Origin: Felis catus
Lineage: Eukaryota
Reading direction: 5' to 3'
DNA: 64,000 nucleotides
Assembly: GCF_018350175.1 (NCBI RefSeq)
Contig: NC_058368.1
Span: 171,246,001 to 171,310,000, forward strand
Part shown: positions 51,459 through 64,000 of the stretch, piece after piece
How positions within the stretch are numbered: position 1 is the first letter of the stretch
Layout of the letters: every line of letters starts with the position of its first letter
Notes under the pieces: model-generated
Told to the model about the DNA's origin: nothing
Seen by the model: the letters and a program-made list of their open reading frames with translations, nothing else
Databases searched by the model: none
Position numbers and translations under genes: made by a program

Positions 51459-51488
51459 TATATATATATACACATATATATATATATA

Positions 51489-51542
<54 letters not shown>

Positions 51543-51930
51543 GGAGTATTACTCAGCAATCCAAAAGAATGAAATCTTGCTATTTGCAACTACGTGGATG
51601 GAAGTAGAGGGTATTATGCTAAGCAAAATTAGTCAGAGAAAGACAAATATCATATGAATTCACTCATATGAGGACTTTAAGACACAGAACAGATGAACAT
51701 AAGGGAAGGGAAGCAAAAATAATAAAAAAAACAGGAGGGGGACAAAGCATAAGAGACTCTTAAATATGGAGAACAAACAGAGGGTTACTGGAGGGGTTGT
51801 GGGAGGGGGGATGGGCTAAATGGGTAAGGGACATTAAGGAATCTACTCCTGAAATCATTATTGCTAACTAATTTGGGTATAAATTTAAAAATGAAATTTA
51901 AAAAATTTTCTGAGAAAAGAAAAAAAAAGA
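49668..51930 (+). mobile_element. 5'-truncated feline L1 (RT domain to poly A), disrupted ORF2
   Basis: [35 protein letters not shown] motifs with stops/frameshifts; same 3'UTR type as 19801-21382; imperfect TSD aagaaa(g/t)aact. Confidence 0.97.
51413..51540. repeat. Compound (TA)n/(CA)n/(TG)n microsatellite within L1
   Basis: Directly visible; expansion of the tatatatata motif seen unexpanded at ~20985. Confidence 0.98.
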
Positions 51931-53007
51931 AATAACTGTGAACAACTAGGTGATAAAACTCAAGAACTGGCTGAAGGAGCATATGTAATATAAATGCCTA
52001 GAGATTCTCGAGAAGACAATCAAGATTGTTAAGATTGTTATGATCACAGAACTAAATGATTACTAAAGCTCCTTTCTAGAATCTGTGATACTAAAACCTG
52101 TACCCTAGTTTTACAGACAACAGTTTCCTACAAAGCAATATTAAAAGGGATATATAACAATAATACATATAACTGAATTTATATTTGACCATTGACTAAT
52201 GTTTTGATTTCATGTCAAATATTATTTTGCCCATTTTTAATTGATCTTTAATTAAAAACTATACCTGACACCTTAGATTTAAGGGAAAACGTCTAATAAT
52301 CCCTTTGGTGAAGAGTTAAGAATTTAAACTGAGGATCAAAATCAATATATAGGTTCCATCCATAAAATGAGAAGACAATTCAGAATGTGATAATTTTGTT
52401 TGAATTTCAGTTGGTCAGGTAGAATATCCAGTATTAGAGAAAAATGGACTATGAAAGCTTTATCAAGTCCTTTTCACGAAATGTACTGAGCTACATACAT
52501 ACAGCCTTGAACCATAGAGTCACATCTAGAACATTTGTTGTTCAGCTAGAATGCTAGAGAGAATAGAAACACTGCTAGATACCTCTAATTTGGATATCCC
52601 ACTCAAATTTCAAATTCAACACTTCAAGAAAAAAGAGTGAGAAAGTCAGAGAGAGAGAGAGAGAGATCTTATCTACCTTAACTCAAATTTGTACCTTGTA
52701 TTCATGTCTCTTAATTAAAAGTGTCACCTTAGCAATTATGTATTGTGCACCTATCATGTGTCTGTCAACCTACTAGGGGTTAGGAGTGCAAAGATATATG
52801 TCACTGTATTTGCCCTCAGGTACAAGGCTATGTAACCAATTTTCAGTTTTACATAATCAGGGCAGGTTTTTATTTGTTTGTTTGTTTGTTTTTAATTTCA
52901 TTGAGACCATTATAAATTCACATATAGTTGTAAGACATAATACAGAGAGACCTCTTCTATACTTTGTCTCATTTCCTCCGGTGGTAACACTTTGCAAAAC
53001 TATAGTA

Positions 53008-53237
53008 CAGTAAAGTATGCAAACATTCTCCAGAAACATGCTTGTAATCCAAAGCACTTGTATATCAAAGTCAATTTCAAGAACCATTGGCTCAGTTGTG
53101 ATCGTGTGATGTTCAGTATCATGTACCACTCATATGACAGGACATCGCTCATTTATCAAGTTAAAATTTATTAAAAATATTTGATTGTCTTGCAGAACAC
53201 TCGCAGAACTAGTTACTCACAATCCAAGGTTTTGCTG
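53008..53237 (-). mobile_element. Carnivore Tigger2a-like MITE
   Basis: Interrupts L1 after TA; termini cagtaaa / caaggttttgctg; internal aagaaccattggctcagttgtgatc; family name from memory. Confidence 0.75.
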
Positions 53238-53310
53238 TGTATCAAACTGGCATATTTACATTGATACAATCCTCCCATCTTATTCAGATTTCACCAGTTT
53301 TACTTGTACT

Positions 53311-53313
<3 letters not shown>

Positions 53314-53356
<43 letters not shown>
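53314..53356. repeat. (TG)n microsatellite
   Basis: Directly visible. Confidence 0.98.
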
Positions 53357-53359
<3 letters not shown>

Positions 53360-53877
53360 GTTCTACACAATTGTATCGATCATGTAGGTTCCTGTATCTA
53401 CAACGACAGTTAAGATACTGAACAATTCCATACTACAAGACTTGTACTGCCCCTTTATAACTCTACCCACCTCTCTCCCACCCCCTCCTCTATCCCTAAC
53501 CTCTGGCAGCCACTAATCTATCTTCCATTTTTAAAATTTTGTCATTTCAAAAGCGTTACACAAATAGAATCATACAATATGTAATCTTTAAGTACTGACT
53601 TTTTTCCCTCTGAGCACAATACCTGAAAGATTCATCCAAATTATTGCATGTATCAGTAGTTTGTTCTGAGTAGTAGTCCACAGTGTGTATTTACCATGGT
53701 GTGTTTAACCATTCACTTGCTGAAGGATATCTGGGCTTATTCCAATTTTTGGCTATTCCAAATAATGCTGCAATAAACATTCATGTACAGGTTCTTGTGT
53801 GAGTATACACTGTCATTTCTCTTGGATAAATGCCTAGGAGCACAATGCTGGATCATAGGGTATTTCAGTGTTCAGGT

Positions 53878-54084
53878 TGTTGTTTTTTTTTTTTTAATTT
53901 TTAAGAGAGAGACAGCATTAACAGGGAAAAGGGGCAGAGAGAAGAGGGAGAGAGAGAATGTTAAGCAGGCTCCACGCTCAGCACGAAGCCGCATATGGGG
54001 CTTGATCCCATGACCTTGGAACCATGACTGAGCTTTTGAAATCAAGAGTTCCATGCTCAACAGATTGAGCCACCCAGGCTCCCC
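53878..54084 (-). mobile_element. Can-SINE
   Basis: Reverse-strand head (gagccacccaggctcccc) and T tail. Confidence 0.9.
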
Positions 54085-57000
54085 TAGACTTTTTTTTAAA
54101 AAGCTGTCAAACTGTGTCCCAGAATGACTATACCATGTTATATTCCCACAAGCAGCGCATGCATGGCCAAGTTTCTCAGCAATCTCACCAGCATTTGGGA
54201 TTTTCTCTATTTTTTCTCTTAGCCATTCTGATAGATGTATGGTGGCATGCTACTAAAATAGCTTTATAAAAGACAGATGAGCCTATTGCTCTAGAAGGCA
54301 GGGTAGAGAGCAACTACATCCACCAGCATCCCCAGGAAGGAGGACAGGAGAGGTATGGGTAGGAAAACATCCAAAAAGGAGATAATATTTGAATTGGGTT
54401 CTTAAAAATTGAGTAGATCTTCAGAAGCTAGAAGGAAGAGAAAGATACGTCTAGCATAGGGAATATAATATTCAGAATCAAAGGGCTATGCAAGAGCATG
54501 AAGAACAGAGAGGTCTAGACAGGTAGCGCCCACTGTGCCATAAAGGGGAAAGAGGAGCAGTGCAAGGAAGAGGACTTCCGTGTGTCATGTCAGGGATTTC
54601 AACTACATTCTACAGGGAAGAGAAAGGCTCAGCTATGATGAGGGCAGTACCAGGATTGTTTCTAGTCTCCATGTGCTCCCACAATGTATCCCATATCTGG
54701 CTCTCCTTTCCTTTCTTACTGCCACTCCAGCCTCAGAGGCTCACATATCTCAACTGCCAAACCCGGCTTCCACCCACCCTATCTGCTAATACTGGAGCCA
54801 TTTTCCTATATATGTATATTGCACGGCATATTATTTCTCTGCTCAGAAATTTTCACTAGCCCCTTCTCCTTGTGCAAAACAAAGTCTGAACTCCTCACAG
54901 CTACCCAGGAACAAAGGTGATGTGGCCCCACTGCTCCAGGAAGAGAAGCTCCAGGTTAATGGGATTGATTTCTAGTCCCCACACGGGAAGTGCTTTATCC
55001 AGCCTCTAGGCAGGAAACACAAGTTTCCTCTACCTTCTTAGCCTGTGGAAACACTCCTGATCCTTACAAATTTAGGCTTAGTATGGCTTCCTTTTATGAA
55101 GGTTCCCAGTCCCCTTCCTTCCTCTATCCCCAAATTTATGCTATTACTCCTACTTTGGAATTTACTATCATTTTGCTTGTATTGTTACTAAAAGTATTTC
55201 TTTCATCCTGCCTTGTGCTATAGCTCTCAAGCTTTTCTCCTCCAATAGACTACAAACTGATGGTAGGCATGGTGATAGAGATGTGAAGTACAAAACTGAG
55301 TTGTTCTCCATTTATCTGATATTAACACACTTATATGCCAAGGATTTGGCTGCACCTTGGGTAAGGGATATAAACTTTCAAAAGATTTGGAATCTCAACA
55401 AAAAATATGATAGGATAAAAACAATAATAATACAAGGCAGAAAATGACTTGTTTCTTAGGCGTACAAAAAAGAACTATATTTACTCCACATTCATCTAAA
55501 ATGTGATTCTGTCTTTAAGTCTGTTTCACTCGAGGTCCCCTACAAACATTTTCCAACAATAAAAAAATAGAAACAAAAAAGAAAAGTGCCAGGCTTGTTG
55601 AAAATGTGGCAAAGTCTATTTTAATTTTTTAGTCTTCACTTCTTTTTCTTTAACTATGGTCTAAACTTGCTATTTTCTCATAAATAATTATATGTGACAG
55701 TGTATTCAAAACTGTTTCTACACAAGAAGAGGAACAAAAAAGAACATGGTACTATAGTTCAAAAGCCCCTTCTAACATATTTCTGTGGACATCACATCCA
55801 CTTCCAATAAATTAATGAAAATGCATAAAGTGAGCTGCATATCAGTAAAGGTGCCAGTTCTAGGTATTATTCAAATACAAGGTCTCAAATAACAAAACTC
55901 TCAGGACTGAGTTCAAAGTGACCACTCATTACCTGTAAGATGTGACCAGACTATTTTTTAATAGTTTTTGCTTAACAATAATAAAAATAGAATCGGAAAG
56001 CTTAAAAGAAATAAATATGGAATGATGGGCCAATGAATGTGTTGATCTCACTTGAAATTTATCAGGAAAACTTGACATCCTCTGCTCTTTTTAAAAATAA
56101 TTTACATAAATTATTCTCTAAATTAAGACCAAGTAAATGTCACCTTTTTCCTAACAGAATTAGTATTCTATTCCCATAGTGTATCAACGGCATTCAATGT
56201 GTTTTCAGTTTAAAGAAAAGGAAAAAGAACTATATGTCAAATTATCTCTTAACATATATAAAATAAAGGCCATAAATACATAAAGGTTAACATAGGATTG
56301 CTGGGGCCTCTCCTCCCCTAGACACACGATTGTTAGAAACTGATCACTAGGACTGTCTTTGAGGTTCTTATATAAACTGTTTTTACTTGTTTTTATTTCC
56401 TCGGGTCAAGTATATATTCTTTAGTTTCAAAAGAAATTCAGAAACACTGAGATCATGATTTTTATTAACTACTAAAATTACAGCCAGTATCTCAACTACA
56501 TCTTTTGGTAGGCCTTTAATCAGTTTTTAATCACATTCTCCACAAGTACCAGGCACTGTAATCAAAATTTCCCTCTAACTTATTGGGCCTAAGAGGAGTA
56601 TAATCTTTGGGAAATTCCAACACATGCTTAGCTGAACACAGACATTTCCTTGGAGCAAAAATTTTATTTCAGCCCTGTTTTCTGATTTAAAAAATGAAAA
56701 TGAAAAATATTTAACCATTAAGTGTACCAAAGAAATTGAATGGCTGTCTGTATCTCTAAGGGGAAATGCTGCCATCTGGACGAGACCCACATAGACTAAT
56801 AATTGTGAGGTTCAGTTTACCTATAAAAGATGACAGTTACTAATAATATTGACTTATATAAATGTTTCATCTTTTGTGCTTTTTCCCCTTCTCTTCTAAC
56901 ATTGAAGGAAGTCAGGCTCTTAAAAAGGAGCTTAGAGGAAGGGAGCAAAGAAGCACACTGGAGGGAAGTTAGAGGGTGGAAACGGAGCCACAGAGCAAAA

Positions 57001-58602
57001 TGCAGTCAGAGTTTTTGATGGATCTATGTCATCATATTAGAGTGTAATAAGAAAATAAGTTCAAACAGGAAGGAAAGAAGAGAGACTTCAAAAGTCCTCT
57101 GATGCTTTTAATAACAATAAAAATAATGCTAATATAAATGCTTCCCATCTGACCCATCTGATTGGTGTTTGGAATTTACAGTGCACTTTCACCCACACAC
57201 ATTTTCTTTCCTAACACTCACAATAGCTCTTTGCAGTTAAAAAAAAAAAAATTAGTTTCACACCACCTCTTACTGTGACATTCAACCACAGGAATGGCAT
57301 ACCTTCTCTTGGGGGCTCTCTGCGAGAATCTGCATTCTCTATCTTTAAACACGCAAGCAGAGTAATGGATTCAGTCATCCGCAGCATGAATAAGGTCTGC
57401 TCAGACTGCATTGATCCAACAAGATTATGGATTGTTGATTTTCTTGTGTGTCTGACCTTACTGCTCAGTGCTTGCATCATGTACCAAATTCTAAAAGCTG
57501 CTTCTTAATGTGACTTCTGATAATGTGAGCGGTATAAGCCATTGTCACTTAATGACAAATTCGATAGAATTAAAAGGCAACTCTAGGGGCTTCTCTATGA
57601 ATAAGACAATTCTGTGCTGTTATCTGACAAATCTTTATTTTTTAAATTAATTTAATCCAATTAAATCTTCCTGACTGGAATAACTGCAATTAAACTGAAA
57701 AACTCTGGCCAAGCTCTTTATCCTATTTGTGAAATTCAAGCCTTCAAATGATTGGTGGGTCAGAAATGAATGGTCACAGTTTCTAATTGAGTTGGATTTA
57801 CAGAAATATTTTACATCTTTTGTTAGTTTGTCACCTAGGATATGTTTAGTCTAAAATAAAGTAGAGACCATGAACATTATTTTTGTGGCCTGAGTTCTGG
57901 CCACATGAGACACACAAAGCCTCAGACAGAACACACTGAGTCAGCATTGTGGTCTAGAATGAGGAGGAATGAGTCCTAGATTGGAGCTCATGTCATGGAC
58001 CAGAGCCCCACGTAGACCAAACAGCTAATGGAGTTGAGTCATTAGCATCTAGGGGCTAAGCCAATCATTTCCAAACTAAGGAGTTTTTTAGAAGACAGAT
58101 TCCCAGACCACACCCTGGATCTAATACACCCACATCTCTTGGAATTGGGTCTATGGCTCTGCACTTCTCCAAAGTTTACAGGTGATTGGATGATCAGTAA
58201 GTTTGGGGAAATAGAGGGCCAAAACTAAAATTATTCTAAGTGGGCATAAAAGTGGGGAGGAGTTCTCCATCTGCTCAGAGACAGAAAAAGCCTCCTTAAA
58301 CTACTTCTTCAGCATCTAGTGTTGCTAACTCGAAGTCTGACTACAATTCGACTCTTATTCTTTTCTTGGCCATCTGTTTGGTTTTTTGATTGATTGATTT
58401 TCTCTCTGGAAATTTAAAATTTGGAGACCAGAAATTCCCTTAGAATGTAACTATATAAGGACACTATTAGTTTGAAGACTCAAACACTTCAGCTCAAGAG
58501 AAATTCTTCTATTTCCTTTTCATCTCTTTCATTTCCTATGTTCTGTTTTTCTAGAACTATTAAGTGGATGTTCAGCATCATGGATTAAAAGTATTGTGTT
58601 TT

Positions 58603-58780
58603 GGGGCATCCGACTTAGGCTCTGGTCATGATCTCGCAGTTTGTGAGTTCGAGCCCCACATCGGACTCTGTGCTGACAGCTCAGAGCCTGGAGCTTGCTT
58701 CGGATTCTGTGTCTGTCCCTCCCATGCTCATGCTCTCTCTCTCTCTCAATAATAAATGGACACTAAAAAAAATTTTTTTT
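58603..58780 (+). mobile_element. Can-SINE lacking the A-box segment
   Basis: Starts ggggcatccgactt; perfect TSD aagtattgtgtttt 58589-58602 / 58781-58794. Confidence 0.93.
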
Positions 58781-61414
58781 AAGTATTGTGTTTTAATTTT
58801 TCTTTCATTTTTTTCTCCAGATTTTGTTTTATTTTATTGTCTAGAATACTAATTCAGCCTGCAGCAATGTTCATCCTGTTATTCATCTCCCACATTTTTT
58901 TTTCTATTTTGCCATGAGATTTTTAATTTCTAGAAACAGTTTGTGCTCTCTGACTACTCATCTTCATAGGAGCCTTTTCTTTCCCTTCCTCTTCACCCCT
59001 CTGCCTCCCCCTCCCCCTCTCCCTCCTCTTAGTTTGCTTTTCTTTCAATGAATAATAGCCACTTGACTCTCTAAAGATATTTTTAAGTGTTTTTTAAATT
59101 AAGTGTTCATCTGTTTCTTGAATTATTTCTTTCATAACCTTGGGTCAGTGGTTCTGTTAGTTAAGTTTGATCCTTCTATTGCTTGGCCTCAACTATCTGG
59201 TGATGGTTGATTATCCATTAACAGCTGGCGAGGGTGACTTCTGCAGTTCTGATATTGCACAGGGCCTCAACTTTGTAAGACTGCTTTCAGTTTAGTTAAC
59301 CATAAATGGTTATGGTGGGTCAATGGGACAAATGTCTTAAGGCTCCTGGGCATGGGCTGGCAGGCAAGCCAGGTATCTGTCCCCCTCCACCACTTGCCAA
59401 CTTAAGAAGATGTGCGTTGTGGCAGAGGAGTGCTTCAAAGCTTCAACCTCCTGGCAGAGCAGCCTGACCCTTTTTCTCCTTCTCTGCCTGTATGTGTCTC
59501 AAACCCCCCCACGTGATCTGCTCTCCTCACTCAGACCCCTAAAGGATTTATTTTTGATAATACTTTTCGGGCTTATCCTGACATTGAATTCCACTTGTGC
59601 CTGCCATTTGATATAGTAGGGGAAGTGAAAAAGCTGCACTGGTCTGTTTTTCAGAATTTAGCTCTTGCTTAATGACTCTGATGTCTGTTCCATCACCCTC
59701 TCCCCGTCGCTCACCTCCTCTATGTTACATTACTCCAAGCTTGGAGGTTTTCAGGATTGCATCCTTCTCTAATTTGCAAATATTCTCATTAATTTTTGCC
59801 TGCTCATGACATTCTTTCTCCTTTTCCAGGATTTTTATGAATTTTCAGCCACCTAAGGGATTCAGGACAAGAGGAAATTCAGATGTGTGTTGAGTTCAAT
59901 CTCCTCCTACAATTAACCTCTCTTTGATTCTTTCCATATTAAACCACTGACATATTTAACCACAGAAAGGCACAAATACAAATATTAAACTACATCACTT
60001 TTAAAATACATAAGAAAAAAATACACACACACACATGCACACAACTCATAAACTAATGACATCTGTTTCTTCATGAAAGCATAAATAGATGAATTATCTT
60101 ATAATTGGCCATTCTTTTTTATTTTCTTTTTCAAGAAAAGCAACTCTATCTGAAAAGATATCTTCCTAAGAGGAATACTGCTAGAGTTGATAAAGCATGC
60201 TATTCAACTGCATATATTTTCTATCATTTTCAAAATATTTAATTTCAGAGAAACCTAAAGTGAATCCATCATCATGGCCTATTGTGTTATACAAGTTTAT
60301 AATAGGAATGATACCTACAAGGTAGTATGAAAATCTACATTAATCCTCAGTTTCTTGGATGATTATAGACAATCTGCAGTTACTATCTACACAAGGAAAT
60401 TATTTCTTGCCAAAGCACAGAAGCAGTGTCAGAGGGTTACAACTTCCTATTAATCAGCATATATGCTTCCCTTAGAGACTGCATTTTGAAATCACATTAT
60501 TTATTCTTTGTAAATATCACCCAGGCACTTACCATTTCTCATCTGCCCAGAGTGAAGAATCAGGAATCATTCAGAAGTCACACAGCAATTCTATGTGTTC
60601 ACTGTAACATTAATCATCAGTATAAACACCATCCAACTGATGTAAATTCAAAACTAAGGGCTTTAGAATATCCGTATCATATCTCCAATTCACATCTACA
60701 TGGCAAATAGGGCATGAAATGACCCATGACAAGAACTTGTTTGTCATGCACTCATGCATTCAATTTGATCTTGGGGTGATGGAGGTGATATTCTCCATAG
60801 ACAAAAGTATGAAGGAAGAAGAGCAAGGAGCATCTGTGGTAAATGGTAAGTTATACAGATTGCCCAGAGTAGCAAACTTTAAAAGTAACCAGTGGGCCAA
60901 AAGGCTATGAAAGTAAGTTAAAAGCATTTCTCAATACCAGGCAATGAAAACAGAGCCGTATCAATAGTGGCAAAAGTTGTGATTATTCTTTTCCCTGTTA
61001 ATTTATAGACATTCTCAAATCAGCCATGTCATAGTAGCTTTCCCTCCCAAATATGGATTAATAGCAAGCCACCACTAAAGTAGAAAAGAAAGAATCTAAA
61101 GAAAGGCAATATTCATGCTAGTGGGAGATCCTATAATTTATATTCAATGCAGGTAAAACATGCCTTGGGTCCCAGAGAGCCAGGGATCTGATAGTGCTAA
61201 AATGATACATAAATGATATGCAAAGACAATTTAACTTTGATGGCCAAAGTTTAAAATATTTTCTAGTGAAGACAGTGTGTGTCATGTTGAGTTTGGAAAG
61301 AGAAATAATTGCATTTTGAGTGTTTACTTGTGTATGGAAATGTATTGGACAAATAAATATAAACATATGTGAAGACTTTTAGGCAGGAAAATCAGAGGAA
61401 TAAAGTATTTGTGC

Positions 61415-61565
61415 TGTATTAGTTTTCTAGGTCTGCTTTCGTAGGGCCTACCCTAATGGTCTTATTTTAACTTAAGTACCTCTCCAAAGACTCTATCTCC
61501 AAATACAAGTCATTTTCTGAGGTACTGGCTGTTAGGACGTCAATATATGAATGTTTGAGGAGATA
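61415..61565 (-). mobile_element. Internally deleted MLT1/MST-like LTR
   Basis: tgtattagttttctagg.ctgc start joined to ttttaactt...cctct.caaagac.ctatctccaaata...ttctgaggtactgg..gttaggac.tcaa. Confidence 0.7.
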
Positions 61566-61732
61566 CATGCTACATCTTTTTGCTAGGTTTTTTTTTCTTT
61601 AAGAGAGCAACAGTGAATGGGAAGGAAAGATTACCACTTAATTTCAAGTAAATAAGTTCACAAGAGCCCAAGCAACCAAAATAAATGTCAAGCAAGTGCC
61701 CACACTATACAAAGGAAGGAATTCTAGATATT

Positions 61733-61950
61733 CTTTCTTTTCTTTTTTTCTTTCCTAAATTTTTGAGAGAGAGAGAGAGAGAGAGCGAGCAGGGGAGGGG
61801 CAGAGGGAGAGGGAAATAAAGAATCCCAAGCAGGCTCCATGCTATCAGTGCAGATCCCTACCCTGGGGTTGATCCCAAGAACCTTGAGATCATGACCTGA
61901 GCCAAAACCAAGAATTGGACACTTAACCAACTGAGCCACCTAGGTGCTCC
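61733..61950 (-). mobile_element. Can-SINE
   Basis: Reverse-strand head, GA tract, T tail; TSD atattctt. Confidence 0.93.
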
Positions 61951-64000
61951 AATATTCTTGATTAGGAAAGAAGTAGTGGCAACTTGAAAGAGACACATTG
62001 ATTCTTGCATTTGGCCCTTACTAATTCATATTAAGAATAATAATATCCAAAAGTATAGATTCATCAACAGATTAGAGAAACATTTTTAACTGCAAAGTAA
62101 ACAGCTGATCTAGGATTACTTAAGATGAGATCAGAGTTAATTATGTGTGAAGTTCCTTTACTGGAAAACATGATAATACCATTGGTAGTGACATTGTGAT
62201 ATGGGATACCAAGTCAATGATGTTGTCTACCCAAACTTCCAGTTTTCTAGCATCTATATAGAGGGTGGTTTTCATTATTAGGATAAGATTATTGATTGAG
62301 GTGTTTGTTTTGTTTCTTGTTTTGTTTTGTTTTCAGGTTTGTTTGTTTGTTTGTTTTGAGGAATATCATTAATAGGATATGAGTAGGAATACGAGTAACA
62401 TAAAATCTCCTGGCTTTTCGATGCTTACTGAAAAGTCAGGCAGACCTGCCAGGATAGGAGTGAAGACTGGCATATTACTTCATGCTAACATCTTCCATTC
62501 TGAATTTTCACCATGAAACATCCATGCATTTAAAATAAAAAGGTATAGCAAATCCACTTCAATAGGATTTTTGACTTTAGCTTTATACTCTCCCTTCCAG
62601 ACCTCATCAGCTGTCTGGAAATGCCACCGAGCAGTCTAGGTTGAAAGAAGTCAAAAGCATTGATGTTTCTTGGCAAACACATATTCCTCCCTTCTGAGTT
62701 TCAATCACAGCTTCAAAACCCTACGGGGTGATGCCGGGGCCCGCTTGATTTAACTTGGGATGTGACCTGTTTTAGCTCTTGTGCTGGTGACTCACTAAAC
62801 ACATCTCTTTTATTAATCCTTGAATCTATTGCTATCAATCAACACTGGGGCTGAAACAGCTTTACTGAATGTCAGAAATAAACACAGTGTTTTCCTGTAA
62901 GCTCAGAGGTGGGGAAAAGACGAGGGCATTGGATATATAAAACCATATGCTATATCTATTTTGCTTAGAAGGCTTAATGTTTTTAAAATCTGTCTTTTAA
63001 AAGTTGAAGCCTAAATTTTAATTGTCCCTGCTCAGGTTTTAAGGGACATAATTTGCCTACCCTAGCTCTTTTCAGGTTTCTGGTATCTATAAAGAGGTTG
63101 ATTTTCATTACTAGGACAAAATTGTTGGGTAAAGTGCTTGGTTTTTGTCGCTGTTTTTCTGCTCATGTGTTTGTTTATTTGTTTGTTTATTTGAAGGAGT
63201 TCCATTCCCATGCATTGGTTTTTCCTAAATATCCCTCCATCTCTGCTCACCATAGTTCGTAATTATAGTTACTTGAAGTCTCCTAAGATGGGAAGGGATG
63301 TGAGGACATGGTCTCTTCAACATAGAAACAAATACAGACAAACTTGAATTAAATTTTCCTTTTGGTACAAATCCTAGAAAAATCTAAATAGATGTATACT
63401 CAGAAACATATAAAAAATACTTATGAAGTGTTGTTTGAAGTAGCAATAGAGAAACCACATCTGTTGATGCAGGAGTAGTGAATAAACTATAGGATATCAA
63501 AGCAAAGGAGCACTATACAGCACTTAAAGGAATGAGGTGAACCTGCATGTAGCAGACATTTGCCATGCCTTTGTGAGTTTCTTGTATTGATTTTGGCTAT
63601 CCAGTCTTTGGACCTATTTCTTATTTGAAGGGAATTCTTCTGTCACAAGATAGGAATGTTTGTAGATTCATCATATGACTCATCCATCCACTATGTGCCC
63701 CGTATGGATCCAGAAAAATATTCTCTATGCCAAAGCTTTTGGTATTTGGTGGAGACACCAGCATTCAGAATATTTAGAAACAAGTATTAGAACAGTGCCT
63801 GCTGCGTAACAAGTGCTCAATAAATGTTACCTATTCTTATTACCCATCCACACAGAAACCTACAGTATTAACTGGAATAATTTTGCACTGGGGAATGTGA
63901 AACTCAAACTTTTTGTAATACTGCACTCTGATTCTGAGCTAACACTAATTCTTGGGATTCAGAATATCATTGTAGTCTACTGATCAGAGTGAGAGTATAG

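Larger units (their letters stand above)
52870..54250 (-). mobile_element. L1MB/MC-like 3' fragment, interrupted by a Tigger MITE, (TG)n and a SINE
   Basis: gttgtaaga.ataatacagagaga; cctaacctctggcagccactaatct; gctgcaataaacattcatgtacagg; ttagccattctgataga. Confidence 0.85.

Noticed and set aside
62560..62900. Enhancer suggested by TGACTCA and a few CpGs
   Set aside because: Single short motifs are expected by chance; no further support from sequence alone.

Overview
Eukaryotic, AT-rich, repeat-dense non-coding DNA from a carnivore, almost certainly a felid, judging by ~20 tRNA-derived Can-SINEs of the SINEC_Fc type and feline-type L1 3' ends. I can support no host protein-coding exon, CpG island or RNA gene. 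All long ORFs are L1 ORF2 pieces, their antisense, or SINE/microsatellite read-through. The interest lies in the retroelement architecture. (1) At 29.2-32.3 kb there is a young L1 with two 3' ends/poly(A) tails facing outward. Its ~860-bp arms are ~99% identical, share apparently private variants and are joined 5'-to-5' at a 4-bp microhomology. It replaces the roughly 5-kb interior of an older full-length L1, which itself sits in a MER45 DNA transposon. (2) At 17.9-19.3 kb there is an LTR element with RNA architecture (R-U5-PBS-short internal-PPT-U3-R-A tail, TSD), i.e. an ERV transcript apparently retroposed by L1. (3) At 39.4-40.9 kb there are local templated insertions, one direct and one inverted. 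Repeat family names come from recognition by eye, not a database search, and difference counts are manual.
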